The position numbers were made by a program, and so were the translations under genes. 64,000 bases of DNA from Alphaproteobacteria bacterium (GTDB lineage: Bacteria; Pseudomonadota; Alphaproteobacteria; Bin95), in assembly GCA_963665325.3 (NCBI GenBank), contig OZ224045.1, forward strand, positions 1,120,001-1,184,000. The letters run 5' to 3'. The notes under the pieces are model-generated. The model saw only the letters and a list, made by a program, of their open reading frames with translations. It had not been told where the DNA came from and did not search any database. This document shows, in pieces, positions 41,249-50,722 of the stretch (positions within the stretch are counted from its first letter, which is position 1; each line of letters begins with the position of its first letter).

Positions 41249-42501
41249 GCGAAGATGCAATCGAGATCGTGGCCCGGCTCGGCCGGGAGGCGCGGGCGGC
41301 GGCGGACTGCCTGGCGGTGACGACGGGCGAGACCAAGGACCGGGCGCTGAGAGCCGCAGCCCAGGCGGTGCGGGACCGGTGTCCGCGCCTGCTGGAAGCG
41401 AATGCGCGCGACCTGGAGAGCGCCGCCCATCTGCGCGCTTCGCTGGTCGACCGGCTCCGGCTCGACGAAGAGCGCGTGGAAGCGATCGCGCAGGGGCTGG
41501 AGGCAGTCGCCGGTCTGCCCGATCCTGTGGGGTCCGTGGCCGGTTCCTGGACGCGGCCCAACGGGTTGCGCTTCGAGCGCATCCGCACGCCGCTCGGCGT
41601 GGTCGGGATCATCTACGAGTCCCGCCCGAATGTGACCGCCGACGCCGGAGGCCTCTGCCTGAAATCCGGCAATGCGGCCATCCTGCGCGGCGGGTCGGAG
41701 AGCTTCCATACCAGCACGGCTATCGTCGAGGCCCTGCATGAGGGGCTGGAGGCGGCCGGCCTGCCGAAGGGCTGCATCCAGCTCGTGCCGACGCGGGACC
41801 GCGCGGCCGTCGGCGCCATGCTGTCCATGCGCGGCGCGATCGATGTTGTGGTGCCGCGCGGCGGCAAGGGATTGATCCAGCGTGTGCTGGACGAGGCGCG
41901 GGTGCCCGTGATCGGCCATCTGGAGGGCCTCTGCCATGTCTATGTTGACGGGGCCGCAGACCTGGAGAAGGCGCGGCGGGTCGCGCTCAACGCCAAGATG
42001 CGCCGCACCGGCGTCTGCGGCGCGGCGGAGACCATCCTGTTCGACCGCGCCTCCGTTGAAAGCCATATGCCGGCGATTCTCGACGACCTGATCGCGGCGG
42101 GCTGCGAGGTACGCGGCGACGCCGATGTGTGCGCCGCCGAAGGCCGGGCGGTGCCAGCCGAGGAGGAGGACTGGAACACGGAATATCTGGACGCCGTGAT
42201 TTCCGCCCGGGTGGTCGATGGCGTGGAGGGCGCGGTCAGCCATATCCAGCGCTACGGCTCTCGGCATACCGACACGATCCTGACCGAGAACGCGGCCGCG
42301 GCGGAGCATTTCCTCGCTCATGTCGATAGCGCCATCGTGCTGCACAACGCCTCCACGCAATTCGCGGACGGCGGCGAGTTCGGCTTCGGTGCGGAAATCG
42401 GAATTTCGACCGACAAGTTCCATGCGCGCGGTCCGGTCGGGGCCGAACAGTTGACGAGTTACAAATATGTGGTGCGGGGCGACGGTACGGTGAGGCCCTG
42501 A
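41245..42501 (+). CDS. proA: Gamma-glutamyl phosphate reductase
   Basis: [36 protein letters not shown]. Confidence 0.97.
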   Translation: MSEDAIEIVARLGREARAAADCLAVTTGETKDRALRAAAQAVRDRCPRLLEANARDLESAAHLRASLVDRLRLDEERVEAIAQGLEAVAGLPDPVGSVAGSWTRPNGLRFERIRTPLGVVGIIYESRPNVTADAGGLCLKSGNAAILRGGSESFHTSTAIVEALHEGLEAAGLPKGCIQLVPTRDRAAVGAMLSMRGAIDVVVPRGGKGLIQRVLDEARVPVIGHLEGLCHVYVDGAADLEKARRVALNAKMRRTGVCGAAETILFDRASVESHMPAILDDLIAAGCEVRGDADVCAAEGRAVPAEEEDWNTEYLDAVISARVVDGVEGAVSHIQRYGSRHTDTILTENAAAAEHFLAHVDSAIVLHNASTQFADGGEFGFGAEIGISTDKFHARGPVGAEQLTSYKYVVRGDGTVRP

Positions 42502-42504
42502 GCG

Positions 42505-43503
42505 GTGCATCCGGCGCATGTGCGCCTCGCGCCGTCGGCGGCGCGTGTCCGCCTCACGCCGGCGGCGGGGCGCATCGGCCTTCTCGGCGGGTCCTTCAAT
42601 CCCGCCCATGCCGGCCACCGGCATGTCTCGCTGGAAGCACTGAAGCGCTTGCGCCTCGACCGGGTGTGGTGGCTGGTGTCACCGCAGAACCCGCTCAAGG
42701 CGGAAGACGGCATGGCGCCGCTGGAGGAGCGCGAGGCAGTTGCCGCCGCCATCGCCGACCACCCGCGCATCGCCGTGTCCTCGCTCGAGACCGGCCTCGG
42801 CACCCGCTATACGATCGACACCGTAAAGGCGTTGAAGCAGCGGTTCCCGGCGGTCGATTTCGTCTGGCTGATGGGGGCCGACAACCTTCGCCAGATGCCG
42901 CGCTGGCGCCGCTGGCAGCAGTTCTTTCGCGAGGTACCGATTGCCGTCTTCGCGCGCTCGCCCTATCATTCGAATGCGGCCTACGGTATGGCGGCCGTGC
43001 GGTTCGCCGGGGCGCGGCTGCGTCCGGGGCGGGCCGTGCTTCTGGCCGGCGGCAAGCCCCCGCTGTGGTGCTATCTGCCGGTTCGCCGCCATCCGGCGTC
43101 CGCGACGGCCATAAGGAGTACCCGTTCGTCGATGCAGACATCCATTGCGACTGCCCCGGAGTCGCCCGGCAGCCCTGACCTGATGGGGGCCGTGCGCGCG
43201 GTGCTGGACGAAATGAAGGCGCTCGACGTGGTGGAAATCGACATGCGCGGCAAGACGGCCGTTTGCGATGACATGGTCGTCGCGTCCGGCGGCTCGCAGC
43301 GCCATGTCCAGGCGATTGCCGAAAAGCTGGTTGATGCGCTGAAGCCGATGCTCCCCGCCGTGCCGCCGGTCGAGGGCGCGGCCCAGGGGGACTGGGTGCT
43401 CGTCGACGGCGGCGATGTCATCGTCCACCTGTTCCGCCCCGAGGTCCGCGACTTCTACCGGCTGGAGAAGATGTGGGGCTCACTGTCTCTGGACCGCCCG
43501 TAA
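42505..43503 (+). CDS. nadD: In-frame fusion of nicotinate-nucleotide adenylyltransferase NadD and ribosome silencing factor RsfS
   Basis: GGSFNPAHAGH, LMGADN...W, then without a stop MKALDVVEID...SQRHV...DWVLVDGGDVIVHLF..E.R.FY.LEKMW. Confidence 0.88.
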   Translation: MHPAHVRLAPSAARVRLTPAAGRIGLLGGSFNPAHAGHRHVSLEALKRLRLDRVWWLVSPQNPLKAEDGMAPLEEREAVAAAIADHPRIAVSSLETGLGTRYTIDTVKALKQRFPAVDFVWLMGADNLRQMPRWRRWQQFFREVPIAVFARSPYHSNAAYGMAAVRFAGARLRPGRAVLLAGGKPPLWCYLPVRRHPASATAIRSTRSSMQTSIATAPESPGSPDLMGAVRAVLDEMKALDVVEIDMRGKTAVCDDMVVASGGSQRHVQAIAEKLVDALKPMLPAVPPVEGAAQGDWVLVDGGDVIVHLFRPEVRDFYRLEKMWGSLSLDRP

Positions 43504-43989
43504 ATGCGCCTTGCCGTGATCGCTGTCGGCCGGATGCGGGGCGATCCGGCGGCGGCGGTGTTCGAACGCTACCGCAAGCGGTTGCGCGCGCCGCTCGCGC
43601 TCACGGAAGTCGAGGTGGCAGCGGGGCCGGCGCGGGCCCGGCGCGAGGGCGAACGCCTGCTCGCGGCCGTGCCGGCCGGCGCGGCGGTCGCGGTGCTGGA
43701 CGAGGGCGGCGAGATGCTCTCGAGCGAGGGGTTCGCCCGACGCCTTGGAAGCTGGCGCGACGGCGGGCGGCGGGATTGCGCGTTCCTGATCGGCGGCGCC
43801 GACGGGCATGGGGAAAATGTCATGTCGAAGGCCGACTTCCGCCTCTCGCTCGGCGCGATGACATGGCCCCATCTTCTGGTCCGCGCTATGCTGGCCGAGC
43901 AGCTCTACCGGGCGGAGACGATCCTCGCCGACCATCCGTATCACAGGGCCGGACGCAAGCCCGCCTTCCGCAGCAGCGTCTGTCGATGA
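43504..43989 (+). CDS. rlmH: 23S rRNA pseudouridine1915 methyltransferase
   Basis: FLIGGADG, SLGAMTWPH, EQLYRA, HPYH. Confidence 0.95.
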   Translation: MRLAVIAVGRMRGDPAAAVFERYRKRLRAPLALTEVEVAAGPARARREGERLLAAVPAGAAVAVLDEGGEMLSSEGFARRLGSWRDGGRRDCAFLIGGADGHGENVMSKADFRLSLGAMTWPHLLVRAMLAEQLYRAETILADHPYHRAGRKPAFRSSVCR

Positions 43990-44074
43990 TGCGGCGGCGC
44001 GGCGTGCGACGCCTACGCATTCCGGGCCGGCCGAACCTCCGCATCGGCCGGTCGAGAAAGGACAGGTAACCGTC

Positions 44075-45316
44075 ATGGTCATTCGCTTTCTGGCCATCCT
44101 TGCCTTAGCGGCCTTCGCCGGCGCAGCTGCGGCGGAGGAGGATGACAACTACGAACAGATCTCGCTGTTCGGCACTGTGCTGGAACGGATACGGGCGGAC
44201 CATGTGGCCGAGCCCGAGGTCGAGGCGCTGATCGAGGCGGCCATCAACGGCATGCTGTCTTCGCTGGACCCTCATTCGGCTTATCTGTCGCCGCGCAGCT
44301 TCAAGGAAATGCAGGTCCAGTCGAAAGGGGAATTCGGCGGGCTCGGCATCGAGGTCACGATGGAAAACGGCCTCATCAAGGTGGTTTCGCCCATAGACGA
44401 CACGCCCGCCTTCAGGGCCGGCCTCAAGCCCGGGGACCTGATTACCCATATCGACGACGAGGTCGTGCTGGGCCTCACGCTCAGCCAGGCGGTGGACAAG
44501 ATGCGCGGACCGGTCGACGCGCCGATCACGGTTACCGTCAGGCGCGAGGGCGAGGCGCCCTTCGATGTCACCATCGTGCGGGCGGTGATCCAGATCCAGT
44601 CCGTCCGCCGCCGCGCCGAGGACGATGTCGGCTATGTCCGCATAACCTCCTTCAACGGCAACACGCTGACCGGCGTCGAAAACGCCGTCTCCCGCCTGAA
44701 GGAGGAGATCGGCGAGGGGCTGAAAGGCTATGTGCTCGACCTTCGCAACAATCCGGGCGGGCTGCTGGACCAGGCGATTTCGGTCTCCGACGCATTCCTG
44801 GAGCGGGGCGAGATCGTATCCACCCGGGGCCGGGACAAGGATTCCGCCCAGCGCTTCAATGCCAAGCCGGGCGATATCGCCGGCGGCCTGCCGCTGGTGG
44901 TTCTCATCAACGAGGGCTCGGCGTCGGCGTCGGAGATCGTGGCCGGCGCGCTTCGGGACCATCGCCGCGCGATCGTCATGGGCATGGGCTCCTTCGGCAA
45001 GGGGTCGGTGCAATCCATGATCCCGATTACCGGCCACGGGGCGTTGAAGCTCACCACGGCGCGCTACTACACGCCGTCGGGGGTGTCGATACAGGGCAAG
45101 GGCATCGAGCCCGACATCGAGGTGAAGCAGGCGGTGCTGTCCCCGGTCGAAGGCAGGCGCCGGGTGCGCGAGGCGGACCTTCCCGGCACGCTTGACAAGG
45201 TCGAACCGCCGGAGGGCGACGAGGAGCAGAAGCCGGCCGAGCGTTCCGACTACCAGTTGACGCGCGCGCTCGACCTCCTGCGCGCGCTGGCGTTCTACAG
45301 CAGCGCCTCGCACTAG
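44075..45316 (+). CDS. ctpA: S41 C-terminal processing protease
   Basis: LDPHS, PDZ domain, DLRNNPGG, SASASE, FGKGSVQ. Confidence 0.94.
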   Translation: MVIRFLAILALAAFAGAAAAEEDDNYEQISLFGTVLERIRADHVAEPEVEALIEAAINGMLSSLDPHSAYLSPRSFKEMQVQSKGEFGGLGIEVTMENGLIKVVSPIDDTPAFRAGLKPGDLITHIDDEVVLGLTLSQAVDKMRGPVDAPITVTVRREGEAPFDVTIVRAVIQIQSVRRRAEDDVGYVRITSFNGNTLTGVENAVSRLKEEIGEGLKGYVLDLRNNPGGLLDQAISVSDAFLERGEIVSTRGRDKDSAQRFNAKPGDIAGGLPLVVLINEGSASASEIVAGALRDHRRAIVMGMGSFGKGSVQSMIPITGHGALKLTTARYYTPSGVSIQGKGIEPDIEVKQAVLSPVEGRRRVREADLPGTLDKVEPPEGDEEQKPAERSDYQLTRALDLLRALAFYSSASH

Positions 45317-45319
45317 CTG

Positions 45320-45817
45320 GTGAACGTCCGTCCGCCTGCGGGCTACCGGGCCAATGTCGGGATCGTGCTGGTCAATTCAGCCGGCGAGATATTCGTAGGC
45401 CGGCGCCGCGATACGCCCGATGCATGGCAGATGCCGCAGGGCGGGATCGATGCGGGCGAGACGGTACGCGCCGCCGCGGCGCGCGAACTCTCCGAGGAGG
45501 CGGGAACGAACAAGGCCGAGCCGGTCGCCGAGACGCAGGACTGGCTTACATACGACCTGCCGAGAGGCTTGGCCCGACGCCTCTGGGGCGGGCGCTACAG
45601 GGGACAGGCCCAGAAATGGGTGCTGATGCGCTTTACGGGCGCCGACGCCGATATCGACCTGTTCCGGCACAAGCCGCCGGAATTCGATGCCTGGCGGTGG
45701 GTTTCGGTCCCGGAACTGCTGGCCAGCATCGTCGCCTTCAAGCGCCCCGTCTACGAACAGGTGCTCGCCGCCTTCGCCGACGATCTGGAGCTTCTGCGGG
45801 AACAAGGCAGCGCATAG
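45320..45817 (+). CDS. rppH: RNA pyrophosphohydrolase (Nudix)
   Basis: YRANVG, WQMPQGGID.GE....A.REL.EE, GQAQKW. Confidence 0.93.
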   Translation: MNVRPPAGYRANVGIVLVNSAGEIFVGRRRDTPDAWQMPQGGIDAGETVRAAAARELSEEAGTNKAEPVAETQDWLTYDLPRGLARRLWGGRYRGQAQKWVLMRFTGADADIDLFRHKPPEFDAWRWVSVPELLASIVAFKRPVYEQVLAAFADDLELLREQGSA

Positions 45818-45922
45818 GGGCAGCGGCCGCGCCCCTTGTTGACCCGCCCAGTCGGAGCGGGTTTGATCCTCGCGGTTTTTCCGAGGGTTGCGCGGTTGCA
45901 TCCTCGTAAGTGGAGGACACAC

Positions 45923-46714
45923 ATGACCCGGCGCATCGTCGATATTTCCGTTCCGCTGAAGGCGGGCATTGCGAGCGACCCGCCGCATATGCTGCCGGAG
46001 ATCGACTATCTCGATCACCACGACACCGCCCCCGCCATGGCCGAATATTTCGGCGTCGGCGTGGACGCCCTGCCGGATGGCGAGTATGCGGCGGTCGAGA
46101 ATGTGCGCATCTCCACCCATAACGGGACGCATCTGGACGCCCCCTGGCATTTCTTCTCGACGATGAACCACGCGCTGAAGGCAGGCGGCGAACCTTCCTG
46201 GCGGATCGACGAGGTGCCGCTGGAGTGGTGCTTCCAGCCGGGCGTCAAGCTGGATTTCCGCCATTTCGACGACGGCTATGTGGTGCAGCCGGAAGATATG
46301 GAGGCGGAGCTGGACCGTATCGGCCATGCGCTGCAGCCGCTGGAAATCGTGCTCGTAAACACCCGCGCGGGCTCGCGCTACGGGGAGGAGGATTTCATTC
46401 ATGCCGGCTGCGGCGTGGGCAAGGCGGCAACGCTCTGGCTGCTGGAGCGGGGCGTGCGCGTCACTGGCACCGACGGCTGGAGCTGGGACGCGCCTTTCTC
46501 GTGGACGAAGGAACGGGTGCAGGAAACGGGGGACGCCGGCCTGATCTGGGAAGGCCACCGGGCCGGGCGCGAGATCGGCTATTGCCACCTGGAGAAACTC
46601 AGCAATCTCGAAACCCTGCCGGCGGACGGCTTCCAGGTCGCCTGCTTCCCGGTCAAGGTGCACCGCGGCTCGGCCGGCTGGACGCGGGCCGTCGCCATCC
46701 TGGACGGAGGCTGA
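45923..46714 (+). CDS. Cyclase / kynurenine-formamidase-like metal hydrolase
   Basis: HNGTHLDAP motif; GGAGG RBS. Confidence 0.9.
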   Translation: MTRRIVDISVPLKAGIASDPPHMLPEIDYLDHHDTAPAMAEYFGVGVDALPDGEYAAVENVRISTHNGTHLDAPWHFFSTMNHALKAGGEPSWRIDEVPLEWCFQPGVKLDFRHFDDGYVVQPEDMEAELDRIGHALQPLEIVLVNTRAGSRYGEEDFIHAGCGVGKAATLWLLERGVRVTGTDGWSWDAPFSWTKERVQETGDAGLIWEGHRAGREIGYCHLEKLSNLETLPADGFQVACFPVKVHRGSAGWTRAVAILDGG

Positions 46715-46715
46715 G

Positions 46716-47474
46716 ATGGGCTTCGCCGACTCCCTGCGGCTGGACGGCAGGACGGCCGTCGTAACCGGTGCCGGGCGCGGACTCGGCCGGGGTTGCGCGC
46801 TGGCGCTGGCGGAACTGGGCGCGCATGTCGTGGCGGCGGCGCGCTCGGCCGGCGAACTGGAGGATCTGGCGGCCGAAATCCGCGCAGACGGCGGCACCGC
46901 CGAAGCCGCCGTGCTGGATGTCACCGACAGCGACGCCGTGCGGCGGCTCTTTGCCGGCCTCCCGCGGGTCGATGTGCTGGTCAACAATGCGGGCTGGAAC
47001 CGGCCCCAGCACATATTCGAGGTCGAGGAGGCGGTGCTTGACGCCATGCTCGCCCTCAATGTCAAGGCGGCCTTCATCGCCGCCCAGGCCGCGGCGCGGC
47101 GCATGGCCGAGGCGGGCGAGGGCGGCGCCATCGTCAACATGTCCTCGCAGATGGGGCATGTCGGCGGACCCGAGCGCACGGTCTATTGCGCGACCAAGCA
47201 CGCGCTGGAAGGCATGACCAAGGCGATGGCCATCGAGCTGGCGCCGCACCGCATCCGCGTGAACACGGTGGGACCGACCTTCGTCGAGACGCCGCTTGCC
47301 GGGCCCTTCCTGCAGAACCCCGAATTTCGCGAATTCGTGCTGGGCAGCATCCCGCTCGGCCGGTTGGGCGAAGTTGCGGAAGTGGCAGCGGCGGTGGCCT
47401 TCCTCGCGTCTCCGGCCGCCTCGCTGATTACCGGGACGAGCCTGCTGGTGGACGGGGGCTGGACCGCGAAGTAA
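46716..47474 (+). CDS. SDR family oxidoreductase
   Basis: TGAGRGLG, NNAG, YCATK. Confidence 0.93.
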   Translation: MGFADSLRLDGRTAVVTGAGRGLGRGCALALAELGAHVVAAARSAGELEDLAAEIRADGGTAEAAVLDVTDSDAVRRLFAGLPRVDVLVNNAGWNRPQHIFEVEEAVLDAMLALNVKAAFIAAQAAARRMAEAGEGGAIVNMSSQMGHVGGPERTVYCATKHALEGMTKAMAIELAPHRIRVNTVGPTFVETPLAGPFLQNPEFREFVLGSIPLGRLGEVAEVAAAVAFLASPAASLITGTSLLVDGGWTAK

Positions 47475-48051
47475 GCGCCGCAACCCGCGCCTGAAGTTCG
47501 GGCACGACCTCCGCCTCGAACCAGGGGTTGCGCTTCAGCCAGTTATTGACACGCCAGCTCGGATGCGGAGTGGGCAGGAAGTCGGGCAGGTAGCTGCGCC
47601 ATGCCGCCACGGTCTCGCCGAGCGTGCGCTTGCGCCGTTTCCCGAGATAGCGTGCCTGGGCATAACTTCCGGCGAGCACGGTGAGTTCGACCGCCGGCAG
47701 TTCGGCGCGCAGGCGCGGATGCCAGAGCGGGGCGCATTCCGGCCGGGGCGGGGCGTCGCCGCCGCGCGGCAGCCGGCCCGGATAGCAGAGGCCCATCGGC
47801 AGGATCGCCACCCGGCCCGCATCGTAGAAGTCCTCCGGCGCAAGACCCAGCCAGGCGCGCAGGCGCTGGCCGCTGGGATCGTCCCAGGGAACGCCGCTCG
47901 CGTGGACCCTGGTGCCGGGCGCCTGACCGACGATCATCACCCGCGCGGTCGCTTCGGCGCGCAGTACGGGCCGGGGCCCGAGCGGCAGATGTTCGGCGCA
48001 AAGGGTGCAGGCGCGCACCTCTTCCAGCAGCGCCCCAAGTCGTCCGCTCAA
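47428..48051 (-). CDS. Uracil-DNA glycosylase family protein
   Basis: CTLC, IVGQAPG, PHPS; TTG start overlaps the thpR stop. Confidence 0.88.
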   Translation of the reverse strand: MSGRLGALLEEVRACTLCAEHLPLGPRPVLRAEATARVMIVGQAPGTRVHASGVPWDDPSGQRLRAWLGLAPEDFYDAGRVAILPMGLCYPGRLPRGGDAPPRPECAPLWHPRLRAELPAVELTVLAGSYAQARYLGKRRKRTLGETVAAWRSYLPDFLPTPHPSWRVNNWLKRNPWFEAEVVPELQARVAALTSRSSPRPPAGSSR

Positions 48052-48596
48052 GGTGTGAACGCCTCGCCGCCGAAGGGGTAGCGGACCTCCTCGCGATAGA
48101 CCGGCGCCTCGCCGCCGAGCCGGCTCGACATGAGCGAGAAGCCCTCCACGGCGAAGGCGGGCAGACGGAAGGCGCCGCGATCCTCCAGCCAGGCGGCAAC
48201 GGCGCCGGGCCTCGCGCCCGCTGTGCGGGCGAGGGTGACATGCGGTGCGTATTTGCGCTCTTCCGGAGGAAGGCCGGCTCGCACGAGCGCCGATTCGACG
48301 CGCCGCCTGAGCGCGGTCAGCGGTTCCGCGCCGGCGACACCGGCCCAGACGAGACGCGGGCGCGCGCCGCCGAAGCTGCCGAGCGACTGGATCGCCAGTT
48401 CGAAGCCCTCGCTGTCCACATGCGAGAGCGCCTCGGCCAGTTCCTCCGCGAAAGCGCTGTCCACCTCGCCGATGAAGCGCAGCGTCAGGTGGTAGTTCTC
48501 CTCGGGCGACCAGCGCGCTCCGGGAATTCCGCCGGAGAGGCGGGCCAGCTCGCGGCGAACGCTCTCCGGAAGGAGTATGGCGGCGAACAGGCGCAA
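48048..48596 (-). CDS. thpR: RNA 2',3'-cyclic phosphodiesterase (2H family)
   Basis: MRLF.A, HLTLRF and PHVTLAR 2H motifs. Confidence 0.92.
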   Translation of the reverse strand: MRLFAAILLPESVRRELARLSGGIPGARWSPEENYHLTLRFIGEVDSAFAEELAEALSHVDSEGFELAIQSLGSFGGARPRLVWAGVAGAEPLTALRRRVESALVRAGLPPEERKYAPHVTLARTAGARPGAVAAWLEDRGAFRLPAFAVEGFSLMSSRLGGEAPVYREEVRYPFGGEAFTP

Positions 48597-48607
48597 ATCC
48601 GGCCCAA

Positions 48608-49747
48608 CTACTCGAACAGCGTGATGACGCCCGTATAGCCGTAGATTCGCCCGCCCGAGAACTCGCCATTGGCGAAGAAGCCGGCGAGCGGCAGGTCGCC
48701 GACCTCCTCGCGGACGATCTCGAGTTCGCGGTCCTCGCTGCCGAACATGTGCGGGCCGCGCGCGAGGCAGGAGACATAGACACCGCCCTGCGCCGGCCCG
48801 GAGAGGCGGGCCTTCGCGCCGCGCAGCATCCGGCGCAGGTCCGCTTCGGCTGCAGCCGGGTCGCGGCGCACGAAGATCAGGCGCTCGCCGGGGTCGATCA
48901 GCGCGCCGAGCGCAACGATGCCGTCCTGCGCGTCGAGGCCGATGATGTTACGGACCAGGTAGTCGGCCTCGGAGGAGCCCGGCACCGGCCGGGCGGCGTG
49001 GAGCCAGGGCGCCGCCTCGCGGATGCGCGCGACCGTATTGAAGCCGAGGTCGCTGCAGAGCACGTCGAAGGCGGGTTCCCCGTCGATCTCGACCACGAGA
49101 TTGTTGTGCGAGCGCGTGACCGTGCGCGCCGGCCCGATGGGCGTGCAGCCCTGGCTGAGCCCGGAGACGACCCTGACCGCCTCGCCGAAGACCAGGCCCG
49201 AGACCACCCCTTCCTCGACCGTGCCTGCTAGCTGTGCCGTGCGGCCTTCCGCCGAGGCGATGCCGCCGACAGTGAATGCACCCAGCGTTTCCGAAAGGTC
49301 GGCGACGATTTCTCCCATGCTCTGGTTGCGCGGGTCGGCGTGGAGCAGCGCTGTCGTGCGCGCCTGTCCGGCGGCCCATCCGGCAAGGCCCGCGCCCGCT
49401 TCTCCCGCGTCGTCCCGGACGCCGGGCACCAGCCGCACCGCGGCCTGCGGGAAGTCGAAGGCCGCCGCCGCGACCGCCGGACGGCCGAATGCCGCACGGC
49501 CCGTGCCGCAAACCCCCATACCGACTGTGCCGGCCCAGTCCGTAATGCCGGTATCGGCCGTCAGCGCCTCGACGATTTCGGGCAGTCGGTCGGCCACGTT
49601 GTCGCTGACATAGACGACGCCGGTTGTGGCTGTGCCGCCGGCTTCAGCCAATGCCGCCCGGACCTGGCCCAGCGCCTCCTGCCAGTCTCTGCCTTCGCCG
49701 AACCCGGCTGCTATCGCCGCCGGAGTGCCCTGTCCTGAGCCGCTCAT
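48608..49747 (-). CDS. FIST signal-transduction domain protein
   Basis: GG.AS, SQGC.PIG, YLVRN, SCLARG, GFFANGE, GYT. Confidence 0.88.
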   Translation of the reverse strand: MSGSGQGTPAAIAAGFGEGRDWQEALGQVRAALAEAGGTATTGVVYVSDNVADRLPEIVEALTADTGITDWAGTVGMGVCGTGRAAFGRPAVAAAAFDFPQAAVRLVPGVRDDAGEAGAGLAGWAAGQARTTALLHADPRNQSMGEIVADLSETLGAFTVGGIASAEGRTAQLAGTVEEGVVSGLVFGEAVRVVSGLSQGCTPIGPARTVTRSHNNLVVEIDGEPAFDVLCSDLGFNTVARIREAAPWLHAARPVPGSSEADYLVRNIIGLDAQDGIVALGALIDPGERLIFVRRDPAAAEADLRRMLRGAKARLSGPAQGGVYVSCLARGPHMFGSEDRELEIVREEVGDLPLAGFFANGEFSGGRIYGYTGVITLFE

Positions 49748-49748
49748 G

Positions 49749-50414
49749 CTACCCGCCTCGCTCCCGGCCGCTGTCGCCGGGCGCCTTTGAAGATAGTGCC
49801 AGCAGCCGCTTGACGTAAGTCTTCAGGCGGCCGGCGATTTCGGCGACGCCGCGCGCGTTGGGATGGATTCCGTCCGGCTGGTTGAGCAGCGGGTCCGCTG
49901 CCGCGCCGTCCAGGAGGAAGGGGTAGAAGACCACCTCGTAGCGCGTGGCAAGCCGGGGAAAGAGGCTGTCGAAGGCCTCCGTATAGGCCCTGCCCAGATT
50001 GCGCGGCGCCTTCATGCCGGCAAGCAGGACGGGAATGCCCTCGGCCGCCAGACGGTCGAGAATGGCAGCGAGCGAGGCCTCGGTCTCCGCCGGGTCGAGG
50101 CCGCGCAGCGCATCGTTGCCGCCGAGCGCCACGACGGCATGGCTCGGCCGGTCGGCGAGCATCCAGTCGAGGCGCGCAAGCCCGCCCGCCGCCGTGTCCC
50201 CGGAAACGCCGCCGTCGAGCACGGTCGCTGTCACGCCGTCCACGCTCAGCATCCGCTGCAACCGCGCCGCCAGGCCGTCCTCGGGCGCGAGGCCATAGCC
50301 TGCCGTAATTGAATCGCCCAGCAGCAGCAGGCGCGCCTCCGCTGCTGTGGCGCCCGATGTGTGGAAGAGCGCTGTGGCGAGAATGGCGAGGCGGACACAT
50401 AGGCGGGCGGGCAT
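49749..50414 (-). CDS. GDSL arylesterase (TesA-like)
   Basis: GDSITAG, GVSGDT, LGGND, DGIHPN. Confidence 0.92.
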   Translation of the reverse strand: MPARLCVRLAILATALFHTSGATAAEARLLLLGDSITAGYGLAPEDGLAARLQRMLSVDGVTATVLDGGVSGDTAAGGLARLDWMLADRPSHAVVALGGNDALRGLDPAETEASLAAILDRLAAEGIPVLLAGMKAPRNLGRAYTEAFDSLFPRLATRYEVVFYPFLLDGAAADPLLNQPDGIHPNARGVAEIAGRLKTYVKRLLALSSKAPGDSGRERGG

Positions 50415-50541
50415 GGAGCAGCTTTCCATCGGGCGGTCCGTCCGACGATAACCCCGACCCTGACGATTGCTGAGGCGACGGTCAATCTCCTGTACTATCT
50501 CGGTCCGATGGCATTGCTTGATCAGAAAGGAAGATATCCGC

Positions 50542-50720
50542 GAGATTTTTCCATGGTCCTTCGAATGGAAAGGATTTTTCCATTGCCTAGATAGATGGAA
50601 AAATTCCAGAGAGATTTTTCCATAGTCCTTCGAATGGAAAGGATTTTTCCATTGCCTAGATAGATGGAAAAATTCTAGAGAGATTTTTCCATGATCTTTC
50701 GAATGGAAAGGATTTTTCCA
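50542..50720. repeat. AT-rich tandem repeat, 69-bp unit x ~2.6, containing five TTTCCAT-N10/11-ATGGAAA palindromes
   Basis: Units start at 50542, 50611 and 50680; the array ends 2 nt before the Fic ATG. Confidence 0.95.
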
Positions 50721-50722
50721 AG

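Noticed and set aside
48052-48783. 451-aa extended UDG ORF (also the extended proB, proA and rpsT ORFs)
   Set aside because: Extensions overlap upstream genes in another frame; true starts are coupled downstream
50542-50720. Possible CRISPR array
   Set aside because: The intervening segments are repeated rather than unique, the period is a fixed 69 bp, and no cas genes are present
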